DNA from: Vicinamibacteria bacterium
GTDB lineage: Bacteria; Acidobacteriota; Vicinamibacteria; Fen-336; JAGNNV01
DNA: 64,000 nt
Assembly: GCA_019694155.1 (NCBI GenBank)
Contig: JAIBCN010000002.1
Span: 7,768 to 71,767 of the forward strand
Direction of reading: 5' to 3'
The position numbers were made by a program, and so were the translations under genes. Positions within the stretch are counted from its first letter, which is position 1. The number at the start of each line of letters is the position of its first letter. Shown here piece by piece: positions 22,308 through 33,643 of the stretch. Below the pieces are notes generated by a model, which saw only the letters and a program-made list of their open reading frames with translations, had not been told where the DNA came from and searched no databases.

Positions 22308-22736
22308 TCAGGCGCCCTTGGTGTGGGAGGCCGCAGAGAGGCGGGCGATCGCCTTCACGTAGTCAGCCTGCGCTTCCTTGAAGCCCTCTTCGTCCTTCAC
22401 CATCTTCATGCGCTCGGCCGCGCGGGCCTTCGCCTTTTCGGCCCGGGCCACGTCGATTTCCTCGGCGCGCTCGCCGCCCTCGGCCAGGATGTGCACGCGG
22501 TCGGGCAGGACCTCGCAGAACCCGAACATGCAGGCGATGTGCCCGACCTCCGAACCCTGGCGATAAATGATCTCGCCGGCGCCGAGCGTGGCCAACATGG
22601 GGATGTGGCCGGGGAGAACGCCGAACGAGCCTTCCGAACCCGGAGCCTGGACGGAGTCCACCTCGTCGCGCATGAGCAGCCCGTCCGGGGTGACCACTTC
22701 GAGAGTGAGCTTGGTTGGGAGGTGGGAGTCGGCCAT
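22308..22736 (-). CDS. atpC: ATP synthase F1 epsilon subunit
   Basis: LEVVTPD and GSFGVLPGHIPML motifs; follows atpD. Confidence 0.96.
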   Translation of the reverse strand: MADSHLPTKLTLEVVTPDGLLMRDEVDSVQAPGSEGSFGVLPGHIPMLATLGAGEIIYRQGSEVGHIACMFGFCEVLPDRVHILAEGGERAEEIDVARAEKAKARAAERMKMVKDEEGFKEAQADYVKAIARLSAASHTKGA

Positions 22737-22748
22737 GGCGTCGGTCCT

Positions 22749-25078
<2,330 letters not shown>

Positions 25079-25106
25079 GCTCTGCTCTCGTGGCTCGCCT
25101 CGGGAA

Positions 25107-26621
25107 TCAGGCCGTGGCCTTGAAGAGATCGGCGAATTCGACGAGCGCGGCCTTCACGCGCTCGGTGAGCTCCTTGGTGAGCTCTTTCTTTTCCGCGATC
25201 TCCTTCAGCAGGCCGGGATGTCGGGCGTCCAGGTGCGCGTGGAGTTCTTTTTCGTAACGACGCACATCGCCCACGGCGTAGCCGTCGAGGAACCCGTTGA
25301 TGCCCGCGTACATCCCGATCACCTGCTTCTCCATGGCGACCGGCGCGTACTGGTCCTGCTTGAGGAACTCGGTCATGCGCTGGCCTCGCGCCAGGGTGGA
25401 CTGGGTGCTCTTGTCCAGGTCGCCCGCGAACATCGCGAAAGCGGCGAGCTCGCGATACTGGGCGAGGTCGAGGCGCAGGCGGCCGGCGACCGTCTTCATG
25501 GCCTTCACCTGGGCGGAGCCGCCGACGCGGGAGACGGAGTTGCCGACGTTGATCGCGGGACGGATGCCCGAGTTGAAGAGGTCGGCTTCGAGGAAGATCT
25601 GGCCGTCGGTGATGGAGATGACATTCGTCGGGATATAGGCCGAGATGTCGCCGGCCTGGGTCTCGATGATCGGAATGGCGGTAAGGCTCCCTCCACCTTT
25701 CTTGTTCGACAGCTTGGAGGCGCGCTCGAGCAGGCGGCTGTGGAGGTAGAAGACGTCGCCAGGGTACGCCTCGCGGCCGGGCGGGCGGCGGAGAATGAGT
25801 GAGATCTCTCGGTAGGCCGCGGCGTGCTTCGAGAGGTCGTCGTAGATGCACAGGGCGTGCTGGCCGTTGTCCCGGAAGTACTCGCCCATGGCCGTGCCGG
25901 CGTAGGGTGCGATGTAGAGGAAGGGGGCGGGGTCGGAGGCGGTGGCGGCGACCACGATGGTGTGGTCCATGGCCCCGAAATCCTCGAGCGTCTTCACCAC
26001 CTGCGCGACGGTGGAGCGCTTCTGCCCAATCGCCACATAGATGCAGATGACGCCTTTGCCCTTCTGGTTGATGATCGTGTCGATCGCCACCGCGGTCTTG
26101 CCGGTCTGACGATCGCCGATCACTAGTTCGCGCTGGCCGCGACCGATGTTGACCATCGAGTCGATGGCTTTGATTCCCGTCTCGAGCGGTTCGCGCACGG
26201 GTTGGCGGTCGACGACGCCAGGAGCGATGACTTCAACTTCCCCGAACTTCTTCGTGTGGATAGCGCCCTTGCCGTCGATCGGTTCGCCGATCGCGTTGAC
26301 CACGCGGCCCACGAGCTCGGGGCCGACGGGGATCGACATGATTCGGGAGGTGCGGCGAACTTCGTCTCCCTCGCGAATGAGGGTGTAGTCGCCGAGGAGG
26401 ATGGCGCCCACCGAATCCTCTTCGAGGTTGAGCGCCATCCCGCGCACGCCGTGGGGTAGATCGAGCAGTTCTCCCGCCATGCAGTTCGTGAGGCCGTGAA
26501 CGCGGGCGATGCCGTCGCCGACGGCGAGGACGGTCCCGATCTCCGCGGTATCGGTGCCCGCAGAGAACCCCGCGAGCTGCTGCTTGAGGACTTTTGTGAT
26601 TTCTTCGGCTCGGATTTCCAT
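25107..26621 (-). CDS. atpA: ATP synthase F1 alpha subunit
   Basis: GDRQTGKT and [22 protein letters not shown] motifs. Confidence 0.99.
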   Translation of the reverse strand: MEIRAEEITKVLKQQLAGFSAGTDTAEIGTVLAVGDGIARVHGLTNCMAGELLDLPHGVRGMALNLEEDSVGAILLGDYTLIREGDEVRRTSRIMSIPVGPELVGRVVNAIGEPIDGKGAIHTKKFGEVEVIAPGVVDRQPVREPLETGIKAIDSMVNIGRGQRELVIGDRQTGKTAVAIDTIINQKGKGVICIYVAIGQKRSTVAQVVKTLEDFGAMDHTIVVAATASDPAPFLYIAPYAGTAMGEYFRDNGQHALCIYDDLSKHAAAYREISLILRRPPGREAYPGDVFYLHSRLLERASKLSNKKGGGSLTAIPIIETQAGDISAYIPTNVISITDGQIFLEADLFNSGIRPAINVGNSVSRVGGSAQVKAMKTVAGRLRLDLAQYRELAAFAMFAGDLDKSTQSTLARGQRMTEFLKQDQYAPVAMEKQVIGMYAGINGFLDGYAVGDVRRYEKELHAHLDARHPGLLKEIAEKKELTKELTERVKAALVEFADLFKATA

Positions 26622-26702
26622 GGGCGCTTCTTCGATATTCCTGTGATTCTTTTGGGGGGAGGGCTGAGCGGTCCTTGGGAGTCGGGGCTTTGGCTTTGAG
26701 AC

Positions 26703-27224
26703 CTACAGAAGGTGCTGTCGCAGGGCGTGAAGGCGGCCCGTGACCGTGCCATCGAACAGGTGACCATCGACTTCGACCTTGAGTCCGCCGACGAGTGCGG
26801 CGTCGACGGACATTTCAATCTCCACCGATCCGGACACCGCAGCCTCGAGGGCCTTGCGCAGGCTCTGGGTCTCTTCGTCGCCGAGGGGCAGGGCGGTGAC
26901 CACCTTCGCCGAGTGCACGTTGTTCCGCGCGTTCCACTCGGCGTGGTAGCGCTGCACGATGTCCTTGAACAACTCCACCCGGCCGCCCTCGATCAGCATT
27001 TCGAAGAACCGAGGAAGCGGCGCGGAGAGACCCGTGAAGATCTCGAAGAAGATCGATTTCTTGGTGGCTGGGGGGACGCCCGGGTTCCCCAGGGCTTCCC
27101 GGAGCGTCGGGTTGGCTTTCAGGGTCGCGGCGACGGCGGCCAGTTCATCGCGCACCGCCTTCGGGTCAGCCGCGGTTTCTATGATGGCTCGGGCGTAGCG
27201 CCTTGCTGACTGGGTGTCGTTCAA
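26703..27224 (-). CDS. atpH: ATP synthase F1 delta subunit
   Basis: ARRYARA N-terminus and VDAALVGGLKVEVDGHLFDGTV C-terminus; TTG start; precedes atpA. Confidence 0.92.
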   Translation of the reverse strand: MNDTQSARRYARAIIETAADPKAVRDELAAVAATLKANPTLREALGNPGVPPATKKSIFFEIFTGLSAPLPRFFEMLIEGGRVELFKDIVQRYHAEWNARNNVHSAKVVTALPLGDEETQSLRKALEAAVSGSVEIEMSVDAALVGGLKVEVDGHLFDGTVTGRLHALRQHLL

Positions 27225-27347
27225 GCTTGGAGTGCGGTCTTCTGGGGAAACAGGCGCGCCTCGCGCGCGTTTTTTGGGGCGTGGAGCACCCTGGGGCGCC
27301 CCCTCTGGAGACGGTCGTAACTTTTCGGACGCGTGACAGATAGGATA

Positions 27348-28388
27348 TCACGCGCGCAGGACGATTCTCCCCGGGGTCGTGGCGACGGCTCGCCCTATCC
27401 GACGGGCCTCTGTGAGTTCCAGAAGGAGGGCTTTCGCGCGGTCTTCCGGCACGCTGAGCAAGAGCCCCCCGGAGGTCTGTGGATCGTAGGCCAGGGTCAC
27501 GAGGGCCGGGTCCGTTCCGGGCTCCTCGTCGACTTTCGATTCGAACTGCCGGCGATTCGCCTTGAGGCCACCCGACTGGCTCTCCTGAGCAAGCTCGCGC
27601 GCGCCCGGCAGAAGGGGCAGCGCCTGCGTATCGATCTCCAGGCCGACCCGGCTCTCCCGGGCGAGGCCAAGTCCGTGACCGATCAAGCCGAATCCCGTGA
27701 TGTCGGTCGCCGCATGCGCGGCGTACCGCCGGGCCATTTCCGCGGGGATCCGATTGAGCCGCGACATGCTGAGCGTGGACGCCGCGATGGAGACTTCCGG
27801 GGCGCGGGCATTCTTCTGGGCGGTGGCGATGACACCGGTCCCCAGGGGCTTGGTGAGAACCAGAATGTCGCCGGGCCTTGCCCCTGCGTTCGTCAGAAGG
27901 GCCGCCTCCTCCACGATCCCGGTCACCGCGTAACCGAACTTGATCTCGGGATCCCTCACCGTGTGCCCGCCCAGAAGAGCGCATCCCGCCTCCCTGAGCT
28001 TGCCCGCCCCTCCCCGGAAGATGGCGGCCGTCCACTCCGGTGGAAAGTCGCGGTCGGGAACGGCCGCGATCGAAAGGGCGGTGATGGGCCGGCCACCCAT
28101 GGCGTAGACATCCGAAAGAGCGTTGGCGGCGGCGATGGCGCCAAACGCCTCCGGATCGTCCACCACGGGCGTGAAGAAGTCGACGGTCTGGACCAGAAGC
28201 GTGCCGTCGTCGAGGCGATAGATTCCCGCGTCGTCGCCCGTGCGGTAGTCGACGAGAATTCGTGGATCGTTGATGCGGGGGAGTTCACCCAGGACCTGGG
28301 CGAGTTCGGCGGGGCCGAGCTTGCTCGCTCAACCCGCGCTCTTGACTCGTTCGGTGAGCCTGAGGATCCTCTGTCGGTCGTCCGTCAT
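27348..28388 (-). CDS. selD: Selenide, water dikinase (selenophosphate synthetase), selenocysteine-containing (UGA at codon 20)
   Basis: ATG at 28388 gives MTDDRQRILRLTERVKSAG-TGA(28329-28331)-ASKLGP, in frame with DDAGIYRL, QTVDFFTPVVDDP, ANALSDVYAMGG, TDITGFGLIGH and DPQTSGGLL. Confidence 0.95.
28287..28301 (-). promoter_or_regulatory. Candidate bacterial SECIS hairpin in selD
   Basis: GCCCAG-GUC-CUGGGU stem-loop starting 27 nt after the UGA; the CAGGUC apex resembles the E. coli fdhF SECIS apex. Confidence 0.6.
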
Positions 28389-28407
28389 CCTTATATGGTT
28401 TCTTATA

Positions 28408-28758
28408 CTACGGTTCCCGGGAGCCCACGTCGGTCTGCCCGGCCAGGCTCGCCCCCTCTTCGACGACGAGGCGGGGAGAGTCAAGCGTCGCCTCGACGCG
28501 TGCGCCAGCCAGAATCTCGATGCGGTCACGAGCGTGCACATGTCCTCTCACGCGACCTCGTATGGAAACGACGCCGCAGTCGATCTCGGCCTCGACGAAG
28601 CCATGCTCGCCGATCACCAGCATGTTGTCCGAGACGACGCGTCCGCGGACGACGCCGTCTATGCGGAAGGTGTCCTTGAAGCGCAGTTCTCCCACGAATT
28701 CGGTGCCCTGGTCGATGAAGCCGTTGAGGTTCTCGGAGAAGAAGGAGGGACGTGACAT
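28408..28758 (-). CDS. Bactofilin (polymer-forming cytoskeletal protein)
   Basis: GFIDQGTEFVGELRFKDTFRIDGVVRG and LVVEEGASLAG beta-helix repeats. Confidence 0.92.
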   Translation of the reverse strand: MSRPSFFSENLNGFIDQGTEFVGELRFKDTFRIDGVVRGRVVSDNMLVIGEHGFVEAEIDCGVVSIRGRVRGHVHARDRIEILAGARVEATLDSPRLVVEEGASLAGQTDVGSREP

Positions 28759-28766
28759 GCGTGTTC

Positions 28767-29642
28767 CTACCCTCTGACGATCCAGGCGTAGATGCGGTTC
28801 AGTTCGGTCTCGCTCTCGAAGGCGATCCGGATCTCTCCCTTGCCTCGCTTGCGGGTGATCTCCACGCGCGCCCCGAGCTTGGCCCGTAACTTCTCCTCCG
28901 CGGCCCGGGTGTTGGCGTCGACCTTTCTGATCTTGAGCGGCCTTGGATTCCTCGTCGCCTTCACTCGAGCCTCGACCTGGCGCACGGAAAGACCCTGCTT
29001 GATGGCGAGGGCCGCGAGATCCCGGAGCACTGTCTGGTCTTCGACGGCGAGCAGGGCCCGCGCGTGCCCGGCCGAGAGCGTGCCTCTTTGAAGCTCTTCT
29101 CGGACATCGGCGGGCAGACGCAACAGGCGGATGGTGTTGGCGACCGTGGCGCGGTCCTTTCCGACCTTCGAGGCGAGAGCTTCCTGTGTGAGACCCAGTT
29201 CATCCTGCAGTCGGCGGAGCGCCTGTGCCTCTTCGATCGGCGTGAGCTCTTCGCGTTGGATGTTCTCGACCAGAGCGAACTCCAGGACGCGATCATCGGC
29301 AACGGTCCGAACGACGGCTGGGATGGTTGGCAGTCCCAGCTTCTGAGCGGCTCGGAAACGGCGCTCTCCCGCAATGATCTGGAATCTCCCGTTGGCCACG
29401 GGGCGAACCAGGATCGGCTGGACCACGCCGCTCTCCTGGATCGATCGAGCCAGCTGTTCCAGCGCCTCGGGCCGAATGGTCGTTCGGGGCTGAGCAGGGT
29501 TGGCGTCGATGAGAGATATTGGAACCACGGACTCGGTACCTGCGCCACGGGGCGTGGCGGCCGTCTCGGTCGGTGCCGGGGTGGGGGCTTGTGGAATCAG
29601 GGCGGAGAGCCCTCGTCCAAGAGCCATTCGCTTAACGCTCAT
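28767..29642 (-). CDS. parB: Chromosome partitioning protein ParB/Spo0J
   Basis: LGRGLSALI N-terminal peptide, IIAGERRFRAA, LVENIQREEL and HTH; ATG at 29642 overlaps the parA stop. Confidence 0.97.
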   Translation of the reverse strand: MSVKRMALGRGLSALIPQAPTPAPTETAATPRGAGTESVVPISLIDANPAQPRTTIRPEALEQLARSIQESGVVQPILVRPVANGRFQIIAGERRFRAAQKLGLPTIPAVVRTVADDRVLEFALVENIQREELTPIEEAQALRRLQDELGLTQEALASKVGKDRATVANTIRLLRLPADVREELQRGTLSAGHARALLAVEDQTVLRDLAALAIKQGLSVRQVEARVKATRNPRPLKIRKVDANTRAAEEKLRAKLGARVEITRKRGKGEIRIAFESETELNRIYAWIVRG

Positions 29643-30406
29643 GAGCGCACCTCTCTCTCTGCTCGGTTCAAGACTTCGCGCGCCAGGCTCAGGTAGCACT
29701 CACTGGCTCGAGACTTGATGTCGTAGAGGAGTACGGGCTTTCCGAAGCTTGGCGCCTCGGCCAGACGGATGCTCCTTGGAATCGTCGTCCTGAACACCTG
29801 ATCGCCGAAGTGGGCGCGAACATCCGCCGAGACCTGCTGGGAGAGATTCGTCCGTTCATCGGCCATCGTCAGAAGCACCCCCTCGAGGGCCACTTTCGGA
29901 TTGAGAGCGGCCCGAATCCGATCGAGTGTCCCCAGAAAGGCCCCCAGGCCCTCAAGCGCGAAGTATTCGCACTGAATCGGCACAAGGACGGAGTCCGCCG
30001 CGGTCAGTGCGTTCACGGCCAGCAGGCCAAGGCTCGGTGGAGTGTCGAGGAGAATGAAGTCGTAGTCGCCCCGAAGAGCATCAACGGAACCGCGAAGGCG
30101 GAATTCGCGCCCATCGCCCGATGCCAGCTCCACTTCGAGCCCGGCCAGGTCCGGATCGGACTGAATCACCTGGAGATATTCCAGTGCCGTCCGTGCTGGG
30201 GGTGGGAGGCTGGCGCCGGAGAAGAGGGCTTCGTAAAAGCCCGAGACCTTCTCCAGGCCGAAGCCGGAAGTCAGATTGCCTTGGGGGTCGAGGTCAACCG
30301 CCAGCACGCGCTTCTCGGCGACTGCGAGGCTTGCGGCCAGGTTGATGGCGGTGGTGGTCTTGCCGACACCCCCTTTTTGGTTTGCTACTGCGATGACGCG
30401 GGCCAT
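29639..30406 (-). CDS. parA: Chromosome partitioning ATPase ParA/Soj
   Basis: NQKGGVGKTTT, DLDPQGN, LDTPPSLG and RLAEAPSFG motifs. Confidence 0.98.
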   Translation of the reverse strand: MARVIAVANQKGGVGKTTTAINLAASLAVAEKRVLAVDLDPQGNLTSGFGLEKVSGFYEALFSGASLPPPARTALEYLQVIQSDPDLAGLEVELASGDGREFRLRGSVDALRGDYDFILLDTPPSLGLLAVNALTAADSVLVPIQCEYFALEGLGAFLGTLDRIRAALNPKVALEGVLLTMADERTNLSQQVSADVRAHFGDQVFRTTIPRSIRLAEAPSFGKPVLLYDIKSRASECYLSLAREVLNRAEREVRS

Positions 30407-30437
30407 TGTTTCTCAGAATAGCATTCGGGTGTCGCCC

Positions 30438-30453
30438 CGTTTCACGTGAAACA
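30438..30453. promoter_or_regulatory. parS centromere site
   Basis: CGTTTCACGTGAAACA, a 15/16 match to the TGTTTCACGTGAAACA palindrome; overlaps the rsmG stop, 31 nt upstream of parA. Confidence 0.92.
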
Positions 30454-30990
30454 TCGACGCTGGACGGTCGAGCCCGAAGGCAGTTTGATGGCTTCTGTTC
30501 CCGACAACTCCGGGCCTCCAAAGACCAGCAGGGTTCCGCCGGGGGCGATCAGGGACCGCAGCGCCTCCGGGTCAAGTCCGACCGCGCGCATCGTCACCGT
30601 CGCGGCCTTCGGACCCTTGTACGCGTCGCTTCGTTCGCGGAGCACCGTGACGTTCGCGGCATTCATCTGCCGTGCGGCATCTCGCAGGAAGGCCCAGCGC
30701 TTGGCCCGGGGCTCGAGCAGCGTGAACTCCAGGTCCGGGCGGAGGGCCGCGAGGATCAGGCCGGGGGAACCGTTCCCCGAACCCACGTCGATTACCGGAT
30801 CCGTCAGCAGGTTTTCCGCTCCCAGAGTCGGCTGTATGAGTGTCTCGAAGGCCTGCTTCGCGTCCTGGGCCCCGGTGAGGTTGATCCTGGGAGACCAATG
30901 CATGAGGCAGTCCAGGTACCTCACCAGCCGGGATCGTGCCTCAGCACTTTCTATCGCCTGAAGGCCCCCGAGCACGTCTTGTTGGGACAA
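30442..30990 (-). CDS. rsmG: 16S rRNA m7G527 methyltransferase RsmG/GidB (short form)
   Basis: WSPRINLTG, IDVGSGNGSPG and LLEPRAKRWAFL motifs; TTG at 30990 just after the yidC stop. Confidence 0.85.
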   Translation of the reverse strand: MSQQDVLGGLQAIESAEARSRLVRYLDCLMHWSPRINLTGAQDAKQAFETLIQPTLGAENLLTDPVIDVGSGNGSPGLILAALRPDLEFTLLEPRAKRWAFLRDAARQMNAANVTVLRERSDAYKGPKAATVTMRAVGLDPEALRSLIAPGGTLLVFGGPELSGTEAIKLPSGSTVQRRCFT

Positions 30991-30991
30991 C

Positions 30992-32635
30992 CTAGGGGGT
31001 GGCCTTGGCTTTAGGGAAGAGGTGCGGGGCGAAGTACATGGCAAGCGCCTGCTGGGCCATCGCCACGAGGTTGGAGACGAACCAGTAGAGGTTCAGGCCC
31101 GCGGGGGCCCAGGCGAACATCCCCGAGAAGATAATGGGCATGAGCATCATCATCCTCTGCTGCGCGGGGTCCACGGCTGGGGCCGGCATCAGCCGCTGCA
31201 TGGCGATCATGGACAGTCCCGAAAGAAGGGGGGTGATGAAGAGCGGATCCTTGAGGCTCAAGTCGGGGATCCAGAAGAAGGGAGCGCCCTTGAGGTCAAC
31301 CGATATGTCGAGCATACGGTAGAACGCGAACAGAAAGGGCATGGTGAGCAGGGTCGGGAGGCAACCGGCCGCTGTCTGCCGAACCATGTCGATTCCGTTC
31401 TTCTCGTACACCTCTGCGATCTCCTGCTGCATCAATTGCCGCTTGGGATCGGTCAGGGAGAGTCTCTTGTATCGCTCCTGGACCGCGCGAATCTGTGGCC
31501 CTACTTTCGCCATCTTGGCGGACGAGAGGATCGCGTAGTGCCGAAGGGGGGCGAGGGCAATTCCGATCCCGATGGTGAGAAGGATGATCGCCACGCCGTA
31601 GTTGCCGACGCGGGCATTCACGGCCCGAAGCGCCCTCGTCAGGGGCACCACGATCGGGCCCAGCCAGCTGCCAACCGGCACGATCTTCTCGACACCCATG
31701 CCCAGGGCCTGGAGCCGGTCGTAGTCCTTGGCCCCCACGGTCAGTGCGATCGGAAGGGGCACGAGGAGTTGGACATGCGACTCTTTGCCTTCGACGATGG
31801 CGCTCGCCTGGGCCTCGATCGTGGCTCCGTTCTCTCGAGTCATGATGGCAGCGAAGTACTTGTTCTCCACTCCCACGAGCCTTGCGCGCATGTTCCGGGG
31901 CGCGGCCAGACCGCTTGGCGGCACCCGAACCTCGGCGCCTGCCTCGTCAATCTCGACAACCTCCGGGGGAAGATAGCCGCGCAGACTGCGCTCGTCTTCC
32001 GACGGCTGACCGAACCCGGGCCCCCAATAGACCTGGGCGGGGACGACCACGCCTTTCTCGCGGACCCTCGCATCGATTCGAAAGGCGCGGCCGCCCTTGA
32101 TCGCCTCGATGGTCTTCGTGACTTCCAGGGTGCCGTCCGAGAAGTCGAAGCGCGTCCCCTTCTCTCCTCCAACGGTCGTTTCGGCCGAGCGGAACTGGGC
32201 CTCTCTGATCCGCGCGTCGAGGTCGGGGCGTCCCGTGACCAGATCCAGGGGACCCGGGACCGGGTTTCCACCCGGATGGGCCTCCACCGGTTTTCCCCGC
32301 TGGTCCTTGTAGTCAAGCAGCTTCCAGGAAAGGAGCCGGGCGCCTCGAGAGCTGAATGCGATCTCGGTGTCCTTGAAGACGAGTTCCACCCGATGCTCTT
32401 CTCCCATCACGATGGGCGCGGTCGGCGCTTCTGGCGTCGGGGTCGCGGCCGCCATCGCGGGGCTCGCCGAAGGCGTCGTCGCGGAAACGCTGGCCGAAGC
32501 CCTCGGGGATCCCGCAGGGGTGCTCTGTGCGGGCGCTTCCGCTAGTTGCGGGTAGCGGGAGTTGGTCCACATCCGGAAGCCCAGCAACACAGCGAACGAC
32601 AACGCGAAGGCCAGAATCAAACGTCTTTCTTCCAT
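30992..32635 (-). CDS. yidC: Membrane protein insertase YidC
   Basis: N-terminal TM, periplasmic domain, NYGVAIILLT, GCLPTLLTMPF and PAGLNLYWFVSN motifs. Confidence 0.96.
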   Translation of the reverse strand: MEERRLILAFALSFAVLLGFRMWTNSRYPQLAEAPAQSTPAGSPRASASVSATTPSASPAMAAATPTPEAPTAPIVMGEEHRVELVFKDTEIAFSSRGARLLSWKLLDYKDQRGKPVEAHPGGNPVPGPLDLVTGRPDLDARIREAQFRSAETTVGGEKGTRFDFSDGTLEVTKTIEAIKGGRAFRIDARVREKGVVVPAQVYWGPGFGQPSEDERSLRGYLPPEVVEIDEAGAEVRVPPSGLAAPRNMRARLVGVENKYFAAIMTRENGATIEAQASAIVEGKESHVQLLVPLPIALTVGAKDYDRLQALGMGVEKIVPVGSWLGPIVVPLTRALRAVNARVGNYGVAIILLTIGIGIALAPLRHYAILSSAKMAKVGPQIRAVQERYKRLSLTDPKRQLMQQEIAEVYEKNGIDMVRQTAAGCLPTLLTMPFLFAFYRMLDISVDLKGAPFFWIPDLSLKDPLFITPLLSGLSMIAMQRLMPAPAVDPAQQRMMMLMPIIFSGMFAWAPAGLNLYWFVSNLVAMAQQALAMYFAPHLFPKAKATP

Positions 32636-32676
32636 TTGTTCTTCTTTCTCGCTTCCGAACGTGCTCTAGTGAAAAT

Positions 32677-32922
32677 TCAGGGTACGGGATCGAACCCGGC
32701 GCCGCCAAAGGGGCGGCATCGCAGGATGCGTCGGAGCCCCAACCAGGCACCACGCACGCCGTGTCGAACCAGCGCCTCCCGGGCATACTGGCTGCAAGAG
32801 GGCTCGAAGCGACAGCTGCCAACGAAGAACGGGGAAAGCACCGCCTTGTAGGCGTCAATGCACAGGACGAGGGCGCCGACCAGAGCGCGTTCCGGCGGCG
32901 ATCGCTTTTTTGAGGGCTTCAT
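32677..32922 (-). CDS. yidD: Membrane protein insertion efficiency factor YidD
   Basis: CRFEPSCSQYA, RILRCRPF and GFDPVP motifs. Confidence 0.95.
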   Translation of the reverse strand: MKPSKKRSPPERALVGALVLCIDAYKAVLSPFFVGSCRFEPSCSQYAREALVRHGVRGAWLGLRRILRCRPFGGAGFDPVP

Positions 32923-33238
32923 CCAAGACGCTTCCTGCCTCGGCCGCTGACAGCTCCGCAAACCCGGGCTTCAGGTTGAAGACTATGTCATACGGGGTCG
33001 CGCCCATTGAACTCCTTCGGTAGTGTTCGCGGACGAGCCGGCGAGCACGATTTCTGCGCACCGAGTCCCCTACCTTCACCGAGGCTGAAATTCCAATGCG
33101 CCCGGCGCCGTGCGCAGGGACGATGGCGACGCTCAGAAGAGGGGTTACGCCCCGGCTGCCGGCTTTCAGGATGGCTCCAAATTCGTCGCTCTTCCGGATC
33201 CGGCGGGCCCGGCCAAAGCGGGCGCTCCCAGGGGACAT
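32855..33238 (-). CDS. rnpA: RNase P protein component
   Basis: RIRKSDEF, RIGISASVKVGDSVRRNRARRLVRE (RNR motif); lies between rpmH and yidD. Confidence 0.92.
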   Translation of the reverse strand: MSPGSARFGRARRIRKSDEFGAILKAGSRGVTPLLSVAIVPAHGAGRIGISASVKVGDSVRRNRARRLVREHYRRSSMGATPYDIVFNLKPGFAELSAAEAGSVLDEALKKAIAAGTRSGRRPRPVH

Positions 33239-33288
33239 GAGAAGTCTCCGTGTGCCGCTATCGGGGGTTCCCCTGGGGCGGCCGGGGC

Positions 33289-33423
33289 TCAGGCGCCGAG
33301 GCGCTGCCTTCCCTTGGCGCGGCGCCTCTTGATCACGAGTCTTCCGCCGCGCGACCTCATGCGGACGAGAAAGCCATGAGTCCTTCTTTTGCGGCGATTG
33401 TTCGGCTGAAACGTTCTCTTCAC
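33289..33423 (-). CDS. rpmH: 50S ribosomal protein L34 (44 aa; below the ORF-track cutoff)
   Basis: Manual translation from the GTG at 33423: [44 protein letters not shown]. Confidence 0.98.
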   Translation of the reverse strand: MKRTFQPNNRRKRRTHGFLVRMRSRGGRLVIKRRRAKGRQRLGA

Positions 33424-33459
33424 TGTTTCTGGAATCCCTTGCGAAAAGTAGAACCTGTG

Positions 33460-33488
33460 ATGTTATCGGGTATTCCATCAGCCGTCAA
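33460..33488 (-). promoter_or_regulatory. sigma70-type promoter for the rpmH operon
   Basis: TTGACG-N17-TAACAT on the minus strand, 36 nt upstream of the rpmH start. Confidence 0.7.
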
Positions 33489-33643
33489 AATCGGGCATTT
33501 TTCGGGGGTGGTCCAGGGGGGGCGGCGTGTTATGGTTGACCCTCTTCGCAGGGCGATTTCCGCCCCCTAACCGAGCCCGATTTCAGGGCTCTCTGGTTGA
33601 TCCGGTAACCCTTCTTTCTGACGATGCGCCTGGCTTCTATTCG

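Noticed and set aside
28329-28331. selD as a nonsense-mutated pseudogene
   Set aside because: The UGA is exactly at the catalytic Cys/Sec position, the rest of the gene is intact, and a SECIS-like hairpin follows.
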